Assembly: GCF_006345805.1 (NCBI RefSeq)
Contig: NC_043000.1
Span: forward strand, 29,450,001-29,514,000
Length of the DNA: 64,000 bases
Origin: Octopus sinensis
Taxonomy: Eukaryota
Direction of reading: 5' to 3'
Positions 52,271 through 64,000 of the stretch are shown one piece after another (within the stretch, counting starts at the first letter, position 1; each line of letters starts with the position of its first letter). The notes under the pieces were generated by a model, which had not been told where the DNA came from, searched no databases, and saw nothing but the letters and a program-made list of their open reading frames with translations. The position numbers and the translations under genes were made by a program.

Positions 52271-52972
52271 ATATATATATATATATGAGTGTGTGTATGT
52301 ACGTATATATATAAACATATATATAGCACGAAAGCAGAACAACCGTACACACACTCGCATTTAAATACATAAATTTACATATAGATATAATAAATGTACT
52401 CTACACACTGAATTAATTAATTTCTGAATAATTACTAGAACTTTTCCTAAATGTAAAGTTCGTTTGAAATCATATCTTCATATCTGCAATTCATTTCTTG
52501 TCAAAACCAGCGGATGGTGCTATGCCTTTGAGACACCGAATATAACAGGGAACAGCACCAAAACAGGAATAATTGAAAATGGTATCTCGCAGCTGATGAC
52601 TAATCGACTTGTAAATTCTTAAACTATATGAAATGCGAAAGGAAGAGCGAATAAAACAGTGACGAAAAGGGGGAAAGAGAAAGAAAGAGAGAGCGGGGAA
52701 GAGATATATGGAAATGTAAAAGAGAGAAAAAGACAAATAGATGTGACTCGTCTCATTTGTCGACTGCTAAAATCTTTTAAGGTCATTTTATGAAATAATA
52801 TTAAAGGATTAAAGGCCACCCATTCATTCCAGTGTCCAACGTTGGTCAAATGTTTGAAAATAAACTGTAAGGATATTAATTAGATGCAAAAGAAATATTA
52901 GTCTTTGGGTCAAATGGTTACTTCTTAGTTCATACAATTAATTTATGTTATCCGTGAAATGAGCTTATGATG

Positions 52973-53033
<61 letters not shown>

Positions 53034-53252
53034 ATTGTGTGTGTGTGTGTGTGCGTGTGTGTATATATTATATATGTGTGTTGTGTATATATACATACAT
53101 ATATATATACATTATATACATACATATATATATATATATATATAATGTGTGTATGTATGTATATATATATATATATGTGCGTGTATGTATTATGTGCTTA
53201 TGTATACGGAAATACATGCATATATAAAAGCACATAAAAGTATATCTATCTG

Positions 53253-53311
<59 letters not shown>

Positions 53312-53736
53312 CTATCTATCTATCTATCTATTTGTCTGTGCGTCTTGTCCGTTTTTTTTGCGGTCCTTGTTTTTGTATACATTCGCTGCATTCTTCCAAG
53401 GAATCTAATGCCCTTAGCTTAGTTTTTCCTTGGGGCTGGCTAGATTGGAGCAATCTCAGGTATAATCAACCGAAATTGCAAAGATAATCTGGAACTTGAC
53501 TGAGGAATGAAAACTTTGAATGACCTGTTCTTGTTTTCTTTGTATCGTCTATCTGTATGCTTTGTTGCCCCATTTTGTATATTATATATTTATATATATA
53601 TATAAGTTCATCAAAAATTTAGATTCGAATGAATATGGCACTTAATTTAGATGCACCAGAATATTGTATGGTGTTATCCATAAAAATTTGTGGGGTGATT
53701 ATAATGAAAATAAGCAACAAGAATGACTCCGGTAAT

Positions 53737-53822
53737 TTGGTACAATTGTTTCGCACTACATCATTTTATTAAATGTTGTAAGTATTACAACAGATTTAAG
53801 ATGCTGAGTACTCATCAGCCAA
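53737..53822 (-). ncRNA. type-I hammerhead ribozyme with extended stem II
   Basis: ttgg CTGATGA gtact...[long hairpin]...agtgc GAAA CAATTG TA ccaa. Confidence 0.75.
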
Positions 53823-54624
53823 TTATAGATGTTTTCCATTAATACAAAAGTTTTCAAATCAAGTGGCAGCATTATAGAGAAGGTAGATATACAGGCAAAT
53901 ATGTAGATTTAATTTTTAAGAAAATATGAGGTAGTGAAGTCCAAGCACTGACTGACCAAGCTATGGCTGCTCCTAACTGCTATAAGGTTAGAAGTAATCA
54001 ATATTTTTTTAACTGTAGGAATGGGGTAAAGGAGGTTTCAGAATACCATAAAAGGAATTCATGTTGAAGACAGTAGTTGCCACCAACAAAATGCCAATTA
54101 CTACTATTTGGTGAGAAAAACTAGGTCAATGTCAAATGGTCATTAATCCCATTTACAGAGAGTGTAAATTAGAGAAAAAAAGGGATAAAACCTATCACTT
54201 ATTATTATGAGTAGGCATAGTATTTTATAACTGGGGGAAAGCCTTATTAATTTTAAAGCTAGATTAGATTTAGAAAAAATTCCAATTTCAAGTTTGCAGT
54301 GAAGTTTTTTTAGTCATTTATGAAAGTTAAAATGAAAGCTAGTATAGTATATTTCTTATTATTATTATAAAAAGTTAAATTTGAAAAATATAGGAATACT
54401 CACAATTTTTATTTAAAGTATTTAAACGTTCGGGTTGTGGAATGTATACAAGATAACCCAACTCCAGACGATTATTCAACAGATTTATATTACTCTGATG
54501 TTTTAAAATTCACTACCTCATTTGTTCTTAAAATTTAAATCTACATCTTTGTCTGTGTATCTACCTTCTCTATAATGTTGCCACTTGATTTGAAAACTTT
54601 TGTATTAATGGAAAACCTCTATAA

Positions 54625-54710
54625 TTGGCTAATGAATACTCAGCATGTTAAATCTGTTGTAATACTTACAACATTTAATAAAATGATGTAGTGCGAAACA
54701 ATTGTACCAA
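54625..54710 (+). ncRNA. second copy of the extended hammerhead, core mutated (CTaATGA)
   Basis: ttgg CTaATGA atact...agtgc GAAACAATTGTA ccaa. Confidence 0.6.
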
Positions 54711-54749
54711 ATTACCGGAGTCATTCTTGTTGCTTATTTTGATATATAT

Positions 54750-54784
<35 letters not shown>

Positions 54785-55377
54785 TACTAATTATATATCT
54801 ACCAATTATATACGTTTTTAATTATGTTTTGCAATTTACTTAATCATTTAATTGTTATTCTAATTTTGATATTTCTATTATATGTCATTTTCTAGTTGGT
54901 GTAATTTAATTGTTCATTTTGAATTGATAAAAGGTGGTTTTTCTAATATTTTAAGTATATATTCTATTGTGTGAAATTTGATTTAGTATTTCTAAATTGA
55001 ATTTTTTTCCCTGTAAGTTAGGATTAATATTCCCTCAAATAATTATATATATATATATACATATACACATACACGCACAAGTGTATGTATATACGTGTGT
55101 TTATGTGTGCGTAGAGTGACGGGTAGTTAAACAAATGTATAAATAAATTGATAGAGAGGTAGGTATGGAAACACATTGATAAATATTAGAATCGGTGATA
55201 TTGATATATATATGAAATATTAAAGAAATCCAAAATAATCTTTTGATTCACTTGAGAAATATCATTGATTCCTTCACCTGTATCTTTTCCTTACTCAAAA
55301 ATATGATTTATTTTCATTTCGCAGTTTCACCTTATGTAGAAATATCATAAGCAATAGCCATCTATGATAATCGTCTC

Positions 55378-55610
55378 TTTTATTCTTCTACTTGTTTCAG
55401 ACATTTGACTGCGGCCATGCTGGAGCACCGCCTTTAGACGAAAAAAATCGGCTCCAGAACTTATTCTTTGTAAGCCTAGTACTTATTCTCTATCGGTCGC
55501 CTCTTGTCGAACGGCTAAGTTACGGGAACGTGAACACACCAACATCGATATCAAGCAATGGTGAGGGGACAAACACAGACACAGACAGACACAAACACAG
55601 ACAGACACAG

Positions 55611-55682
<72 letters not shown>

Positions 55683-55845
55683 CGATGGGCTTCTTTTAGT
55701 TTCCGTCTACCAAATCCATTCACATAGCTTTGGTCGGCCCGAGGTTATAGTAGAATACACTTGCCCAAAGTGCCACGGAGTGGGACTGGACCCGGAACCA
55801 TGTGGTTGGGAAGCTAGCTTCTTACCACACAGCTACTCCTGAGCC
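55378..55845 (-). mobile_element. SINE family A, full length
   Basis: Reverse complement of the 34886-35293 structure. Confidence 0.9.
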
Positions 55846-56192
55846 TTATATTTATTTTGTCTACTTTGTCGATAGACAAGTTACAGCTGTATTTAATGCT
55901 ATGTCACGAAAAATACAACAGTAACTGGACAATCGACAGAATGCCTACAGGTGACTATTTTAATTAAAAACTACCTTAATTAATTATACCGGAAACAATT
56001 AAGTATAACGGAAACAACGTAATAGACGCGATAATAGGAAGGCGTTCAAATCACAGGGCGTCAGACTTGGTATGTGGAACATAGGGGCAAGAAAAGTATA
56101 TGCATTTATAGCCACTTCGACTACAGGAGATAAATTAACATATAGATGACAACAAGCAGAGAGGCTGAGAAAGTAATAATTTCTGTACTAGG

Positions 56193-56595
56193 TGCTGGCA
56201 TGGCTGTGTGGTAAGAAGATTGCTTCAAAACCGCATGGTTGTGGTTTCAGTCCCACTGCATGGCACCTTGGACAAGTGTCTTCTACTATAACCTTGGGCA
56301 GACCAAAGCCTTGTGAGTGGATTTGGTAGACGGAAACTGAAAGAAGCCCGTCGTATATATATGTATATATTCATTTCCTTATTGCCCACAGTGGGCTTAA
56401 AACATAGAGGGGACAAACAAAGGACAGACAAAGGGTTTAAGTCGATTATATCGACTCCAGTGCGTAACTTGTACTTATTTAATCGACTCCGAAAGGATGA
56501 AAGGCAAAGTCGACGTCGGCGGAGTTTGAGCTAAGAAAGTAACGGTAGACCACTAAGCATTTCGCCCGGCGTGCTAACGATTCTGTTAGCTCGCC

Positions 56596-56629
<34 letters not shown>

Positions 56630-56724
56630 TTACGGGAACGTGAACACACCAATATCGATATCAAGCAATGGTGAGGGGACGAACACAGACACAGACAGAC
56701 ACACAGACAGACAGACACAGACAC

Positions 56725-56775
<51 letters not shown>

Positions 56776-57022
56776 GTGTGTGTTGTGTGTGTGTGTGTAA
56801 TATGTATATATTGATGTTTGTGTGTCTTTGTCGCCGCCAACATCGCTTGACAACAGATGTTGGAATGTTTGTGTACCCGTAACTTAGCGGTTCGGCAAAA
56901 GCGACCGATAGAATAAGTACTAGACTTATAAAGAATAGTCGTGGGTTCTATTTTTTCGACTAAAGGCGGTGCTCCAGCAAGGCCGCAGTGAAATGATTGA
57001 AACAAGTAAAAGAATAAAAGAA
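56193..57022. mobile_element. SINE A (plus) interrupted by SINE B (minus, 56374-56597) and a locally copied SINE A fragment
   Basis: Head 56193-56355 and tail 56800-57022 in the same orientation; inserts lie in the internal microsatellite. Confidence 0.85.
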
Positions 57023-57235
57023 TATTTAAATTTCAAAAGATTGCTTTGAGTTGACCAGATATTCATTGAATAATTCAAATATTACCTCTCTCTCACTGAC
57101 CCTAAAAATATGAATGACACCATTTCCGCTTCCGTTTTACGTTGGTTCAATTTAGAATGAAGACACTCTAAAATACTTATTACTTTTTACTTATTACTAA
57201 ATTACTTATACTGATATGAACTGACAATCTATAAT

Positions 57236-57281
57236 TCTATACTGATGATGCAGAAATATGTAGAAACAGACTGTTTATAGA
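57236..57281 (+). ncRNA. intact minimal type-I hammerhead ribozyme
   Basis: tctata CTGATGA tgca gaaata tgta GAAA CAGACTG TT tataga: 6-bp stem I, 4-bp stem II with one G-U pair, ACAG/CTGT stem III, GTT triplet. Confidence 0.75.
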
Positions 57282-57871
57282 TACGGATACGGAAGACATG
57301 AAATATTAAATGAATTATAATATAATTTCATGAAGTTGAGTATCATCAAACTTGTTATCATTTGAACCGGTAACAATTTTGTATTTATACTTATCACTCC
57401 TCCGCATAGTCACTCCGTATTTAAATAACACAATTTTCATCATCATCATCATAATTATGATAGTCATCGCCGTATTCATCTTACTCAAGAAGAAGAAGAC
57501 GAAGAAAAAGCAGTAGAAGATGAAGAACAGCAACAACAGAAACAGCCTTAAACTTGGACATCAATAAACTTACACTTGTAATGATATATTTAAAATTTAA
57601 CGAATTATATTCGATTCCTGTGTATTTTTTTTACGCAGATGTTCATCATACCAAAACACTAAGACTATTTATATGTATATTGGATACTTAAAATATCTGA
57701 AATGAGTTATTCTTATAATATTACAGTTCATTCGGACTGTTAACTTACACTTTAGAAAAAATGAAATTAAAATGTTTATTCTGTGTAATAAGTTTCGATG
57801 GCTTTTATCTCCGATCGACATCAAGTTTCTTTTAATCGATGGTGATCGAAGATGAAACCAAGCGAAACATC

Positions 57872-57906
<35 letters not shown>

Positions 57907-58024
57907 TATATATATATATATTTACATACATATATGCACGCATACATATGTATACACACGTGTGTGTGTGCATTTAATATATATGTATATTATATATACA
58001 CAATATATATTATTTATATATATA

Positions 58025-58120
<96 letters not shown>

Positions 58121-58329
58121 GTATTTATTTATGTATGTGTGTGTGTGTGCGTCTGCACGTATGTATATATGAACAAATGTTTTATCTGTGAAGATGATGT
58201 TAAATGATTCTATTGTCTCGATATGTATTTTGCCTAATCGATATCGATTTCTTTATTAGACAACAAAGCCATATGTTTTCGGGAAGAATGTTACATTTCG
58301 GGAATCAGTCATGCATGTTACGCATACAG

Positions 58330-58785
58330 ATACCCACTTTATCTACCCTGGAAGGTCGGAAGGGAAATGTAGCCTGAAAAATATAAAGATAAAGACAAAA
58401 CCATAAGCTTTATCTGATGTAGAAAGATAGAATAATGATTCGACCAGGAAAATCTAAAGGGAGACAACTGATTTATCTATTATGGAAAGATGAATATAAA
58501 TTCGATCAGTAGAACTAAAAGCGGAGCTTTATTTATTCTTGTAAGATCGAAGATAAATTCGATCAGCAAAATCTAAAGAGAGAGTTACCCACGTTATCTA
58601 CACTAGAAACATCTAGGGTAAATTCAGCCAGTAAAATCAAAAGTTGGGGGCCGTCCACGTTATCTACACTAGAAAGATAGAGGGTAAATTCAGCCAGTGA
58701 AATCGAAGGTAGGGGGCCATCCACTTTATCTACTGTGGAAAGATGAAGGTATATTCTAGTCGTAAAATCTAAAGGGGGCCTCAAT
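58330..58785. repeat. diverged ~60-66-bp tandem array (about 7 units)
   Basis: Recurrent ttatctac...gaaagat...taaattc...aaatctaaag unit; best copies 58589-58785. Confidence 0.7.
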
Positions 58786-59015
58786 GTGGTAACCTAACCT
58801 GCTCTAAAACCAGTCAAATATCCCTTAAATGATACATAATGCTCTTACCGTCTTGAAACATTACTGAAACACGAGATAAAGTTCCTTTAAAAACACTGAC
58901 TTAACGGTGGGATGGCCACGGACGAAATATCTTTGGCCACTTGTCTACTTCATCTTTCCTTATCTGGGACTAAACAACAAGAACAACGATAAATATTGAA
59001 CGAATTTCCTTTCTA

Positions 59016-60268
59016 TGAGGTCATCCCGTAATTTCTGTCCGATTTTACCTTTTTTAAAATTGAATGAAATTTAATATTATTTTAGAATGTCTAATGGAAT
59101 TTAAAATCATTTTTATGTATTTGTGTACATTTAAACTAATTAAATATTATTTTACAGAATAATAGAATTTCTAACATGGAAATATCCAAAGAGCATTTGA
59201 GGCACATAATGCTTTATGAGTACAAAAAAGGAAACTCTGTAGCCGAAGCGACTCGAAATATACACTCAGTTTATGGGAAAGAATGCTTGAATGAAATAAC
59301 TTGCAGAAGATGGTTTGCAAAATTCAGAAGTGGAGATATCAGCCTTGAAGATGAAGATCGAACAGGACGTCCAGTTGAGTTTGATGATAACCTCCTTGAG
59401 GCATTACTTCAAGAAAATCCTGCATTATCAGATGAAGAATTGGCAATAAAGCTTAGTTCAAACCATACAACTGTTCATCGTTATTTTCAACAACTTGGAA
59501 AGATTCCTAAACTTGGAAAATGGGTGCCTCATGAATTGTTCGAATGCAACTGCAAATCTCGAGCTGACACCTGTTCTCTCTATTCTCGCGAACTCATTTC
59601 ACCCTTTTTGGATAGACTTGTGACTGGTGACGAAAAATGGATCTTCTATCGAAATGATAAACAGTGGCTTGGTAAAAGGGAAAAAGCTCAACCACAACCG
59701 AGAAAGGAACTTCATGGAAAAAAGCTTCTCGCCTCTATCTGGTGGGATTGCAAAGGAGTAAATTCACTTTGAATTGTCACCATTTAATGCAACAATCAAT
59801 GCTCAAGTCTACTCTCAGAAATTAGAGCGTTTGAACCAAGCTTTGAAGGAAAAAAGACTCGCTTTAGTGAATCGAAAAGGAGTGATATTTCATCAGGACA
59901 ATGCGCGACCCCACACTGCAAAGATCACATCACAGAAGATCGAAGAGCTTGGTTGGGAAAAATTTCCTCATCCACCTTATTCTCCCGAACTTGCTCCTTC
60001 AGACTACCATTTGTTTCGGAGTTTACTGAATCATTTGGGGGACATAACTTTTTCAAGCCAGGAGAATGTCAAAACTGACATTTCAGAGTTCTTCGCTGTG
60101 AAACCAAAAGAGTTTTACATTGATGGGATCAAAAAGCTTGTAAATAGATGGAAGGAAATCACAGATAATCAGGGAGAATACATTGATGATTAAATTTCAA
60201 TTAAATATAACATTTGATCACTTGTTTTCTTTATTCAAAATTCGGACAGAACTTATGGGATGGCCTGA
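59016..60268 (+). mobile_element. near full-length mariner DNA transposon (1253 bp) with TIRs and TA duplication
   Basis: TA|tgaggtcatcccgtaatttctgtccga ... tcggacagaacttatgggatggcctga|TA. Confidence 0.95.
59176..60193 (+). pseudogene. mariner DD34D transposase, one frameshift near 59765 and small in-frame deletions
   Basis: HTH N-terminus, WVPHEL, VTGDEKW, FHQDNARPH, HPPYSPELAPSDYHLF, RW...GEYI; overall resembles mellifera-like mariners (subfamily uncertain). Confidence 0.95.
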
Positions 60269-60704
60269 TATATTTTGTTGCAAAAACAAAAGAGGAAAAA
60301 TTGTTTTCAATTTAAATGACTGCAAAATCGAAATCCAAGTAAATGCTCATAGCCTAATTGATAGACTGCCCTTATTATGACCACAAGGCTGCAGGTAGGT
60401 TCAATTCGCAGACTGAGCAGTGCGTTGCCTCCTTGAGTAAGGCTCTTTATTTTAATTAGTTTCAGTCTACTTAGCCGTAAATGGGTACCAACTCAGTATT
60501 GGTGTTGACCGAACCCCTTCTCCCTTCACTCTCTCCAGCTGTCATATCATTGATGTTTCACTGGGTCAGGTTTGAGGGATCCATGTTTGCTGTCGACTTT
60601 AAAGACACAACGTTTAATGTAAGCAGGACACATGCTACAGAGTAATACGAGAGATCGCGAACGACGGCTGGCTGTACGATAATACCGTATCACAGAATTG
60701 TTTA

Positions 60705-60930
60705 ACTCTTACTTGTTTCAGTCAGTGGGCTGCGGCTATGCTGGAGTACCGTCTTGAAGCGTTTAGTAAGACAAAATAAATCAGTTTCCTTCTACGAAAT
60801 CCACGCACAAGGTTTTGGTTGGCCCAGGCTACAGTAGAAGTCATTGGCCCAAGGTGCCACGCAGTGGGACTGAACCCAGAGCCATGTGCTTGGGTAGCAA
60901 GTTTCTTACAACAGAGCCACGCCTGCGCCT
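60705..60930 (-). mobile_element. SINE family A, internally deleted
   Basis: cccaaggtgccacgcagtgggactgaaccc...agccacgcctgcgcc. Confidence 0.8.
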
Positions 60931-61192
60931 ATATAGCAAAGCTTGCGCATATATATACACACCTGCGCCTATATAGCCATGCCTGCGCATATAGAGCCAC
61001 GCTTGCGCCTATATAGACAAGCATGCGCCTATATAGCCACGCCTGCGCCTATATAGCCATGCTTGCGCCTATATAGCCACGCCTGCGCCTATATTGCCAC
61101 GCCTGTGCCAATATAGCCACGCATGCGCCTATATAACCACGTTGCGCCTATATAGACACGCCTGTGCTTATATAGCCCTGCCTGCGTCTATA
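60915..61192. repeat. 20-bp minisatellite, about 14 copies
   Basis: Unit agccacgcctgcgcctatat. Confidence 0.92.
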
Positions 61193-61224
61193 TCTGCAAC
61201 TTTTTATTTTTATCTTTTATCTTT

Positions 61225-61652
61225 TATCTTTTACTTCCTTCCGTTATGAAACCGCAGCCATGATGTGACACCGGCTTCGAGAATTTCCAGTCGAATGAAT
61301 CGATTGTTTACTATTTTTTTTAAAGCTTAAAACTTGTTCAATTCGTTTGTTTTCTTTTTACCAAACCGCAAAATTGCGGGGACATAAATACGCCAACACC
61401 TATTATCAAGCTGTAGTAGGGACAAACGCACACACACAGACACACAAACACACACAAACACACACAAACACACACAAATACACAAACGACACTCTTCCTT
61501 CAGTTTCCGTCTAGCACTTCACCTTCTTGCAAAGTAATGGTCGGGGCTGAGGCTATTGTAGAAGACACTTGCCCACAGTGCCATGCAATGGGACTCAACC
61601 CGGAACCACGTGGTTGTGAAACGAGCTTGCTAACCATACAACCATTTCTGCC
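61225..61652 (-). mobile_element. SINE family A, old copy
   Basis: gaagacacttgcccacagtgccatgcaatgggactcaacccggaacc. Confidence 0.7.
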
Positions 61653-62116
61653 CCAGTATCAGCAATTATCTTGTCTACGTAATCTTCACGTAAAGAAAGC
61701 AACTTGTCTCGAGATTTAACGGTTCTCAATAAGACGGTTACTTCGGAAGCCAATTGCCATCGTGGTCGAATTTAAGTCTCTTATCCAAACCCGAAATCGA
61801 TAAAATAATCAATAAAGCGGTGTCTTGGGTTTAAGAAACAGATCGAGATTACGTCGATGGAATCAGATGGAATTATACATTACGCTATATCAACACACTG
61901 GCTCCTTTCGTTACCTACCGTACATTTCATCAACACTCTCCACCCCTCTCTCTCTCTCATTCTCTCTCTCTCTCACACCTCTCACACTCACCCTCTCTCT
62001 CTCTCTCTCTCTCCTCTCCGTTATCATTGTTCTGTTGCTTATATCACATTTCTCTTAACCTATCTCTCTACCCTCCTATCTCTCTACCCTCCTGCACCTC
62101 ATTCTCCATCATAACA

Positions 62117-62178
<62 letters not shown>

Positions 62179-62362
62179 ACTGTATATATGTATATACACG
62201 CATATCTTTTATTCATTGTCTATGTTATGCACACAACACACACACTCCGCGCACACACACACACCAACACACATACACACAAACACACACATACACACAC
62301 ACATATATATACGCATACACACGTATATAATCTTTTATTCATAGACCTGCCTGCCTGTTTCA

Positions 62363-62426
<64 letters not shown>

Positions 62427-62776
62427 GTATATATATATATATGTATTTGTATGTGTGTATGTATATATATAGATATATATATATATATATATATATATGA
62501 GGAAAAAAGAAATCTATTTCCACCGAATCAGCATCATCAGCATCCGAGTAAGAACTGATCGTGTTTTCAATTAATTTATTGGCAATTTGATCAGTTATCT
62601 CACCAAATCATTATAATAAAAAGTCTGGAATTAATCCAAGTTAATTCTGTCAAGTCTGACATATCGTGGCAATGCATCACGAAAATATACGAAACGGAGA
62701 CAAACAGACCAACAATCTAAAGAAGAAGAACAAGAAGAAGCGAAATCTATTCTTGTTTCTTTACTTTCAATCAATT

Positions 62777-62876
62777 NNNNNNNNNNNNNNNNNNNNNNNN
62801 NNNNNNNNNNNNNNNNNNNNNNNNNNNNNNNNNNNNNNNNNNNNNNNNNNNNNNNNNNNNNNNNNNNNNNNNNNNN
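62777..62876. other. assembly gap (100 N)
   Basis: Run of N. Confidence 1.
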
Positions 62877-62988
62877 AAGTCAAACATACATAATTCTCTT
62901 TATTTGCATAGACGCACAATGCATTAAAGCTGCATTTAAAAAAAAAGGAGAGAGAGAGAGAGAAGAGATTTACTTCCTTAATAACATT

Positions 62989-63052
<64 letters not shown>

Positions 63053-63223
63053 GAAGAGAAACGCAAATACGGGCACATTCACTCATACATTCACATGTAC
63101 ACACCACACACATACACACTGAAACACATGCGATCAATAAGCAAAAACTACCGTCTCGCATCACGTGTTTAGTAAAGCAAAGAAAATAATTACCATCACA
63201 ACTACTCTGTGTATATATATGTA

Positions 63224-63264
<41 letters not shown>

Positions 63265-63356
63265 CATACACACATATATATATATACATACTATATATAT
63301 ACATATACATATATATGTATAATACATATATATATATATATTCATACATATATAAT

Positions 63357-63387
<31 letters not shown>

Positions 63388-64000
63388 TATATCTTATATA
63401 CACATACATATATACTTATATATTATATACATATCAATTATATATATATTATATATATATATATATATACACATACATGTACACATACATATATACATTC
63501 TTATAGAGAATTTCACATACAGTAAACATCCACACACATACACACACACAGAGACAGATGCGCACATCTCTGTCTTATTCTATTCCTGATTGTGCTTTAT
63601 ACGCGCTCTAATTGTATTTTGTTCATCCACTTCCCGCCCCCGCCTGCATCGAATCCTGCACCTTAATGGAGCAGCACAAGAATATACCGTTATCTTGCTC
63701 CCCCCTACTCTCTCTCTCTCTCTCTCTCCCTCTCTCTGCATCTCCCTGTTCTTTCTCTCCCTTCCTACCCTCTTATCCTCTTTATACATTCCTGACTACT
63801 CCTGTCTGATAATCTTCAGTCACAGACTAACATGCCATGTGTAATACGCAACGGCAAGGATAAGCTGCCTTTTTTATTCTCTTATTCTGTCATTCGCTTA
63901 TTCTGTCATTCTTTCAGTTCGTTCATTCACGAATACTTCGCACTACTCCCCGGTAAAGATACATCTTTTCTATTTCTTAAATCATCAAAACTAATGAAAT

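Larger units (their letters stand above)
53707..54740. mobile_element. Penelope-like element with ~232-bp inverted pLTRs, each containing a hammerhead
   Basis: 53707-53938 is the reverse complement of 54509-54740 with scattered mismatches. Confidence 0.75.

Noticed and set aside
53940-54500. Penelope ORF between the inverted pLTRs
   Set aside because: I could not recover convincing RT or GIY-YIG motifs in the frames I read.
59176-60193. Domesticated SETMAR-like gene
   Set aside because: TIRs and TA duplication are intact, there is a frameshift and no SET domain; an ordinary transposon copy.
62508-62546. Possible hammerhead on the minus strand (CTGATGAtgctgattcggtgGAAA)
   Set aside because: Stem II is mostly G-U pairs and stem I does not form.

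Overview
AT-rich, microsatellite-saturated eukaryotic DNA with one 100-N assembly gap. The SINE families and the (TA)n/(TATG)n/(TATC)n/(CA)n density strongly suggest a coleoid cephalopod, most likely Octopus (inference). Almost all ORFs in the supplied track are translated microsatellites. Recognisable coding sequence is transposon-derived: a near-complete mariner with TIRs and TA target duplication, CR1/L2-type, Tx1/L1-type, RTE and R4/Dong-type LINE fragments, a Gypsy gag remnant, Penelope RT and GIY-YIG remnants, and non-autonomous Helitrons. There are also many tRNA-derived SINE copies from at least three families. The most striking hidden signal is a set of about nine minimal type-I hammerhead ribozyme motifs (intact, partial or decayed), several in Penelope-like inverted terminal repeats. 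They include one with a stem II extended into a hairpin of about 60 nt and one at the 3' end of a tRNA-headed (Pol III-like) element. No host gene is certain; a speculative three-exon, 86-aa minus-strand gene model is proposed at 33.4-37.9 kb.
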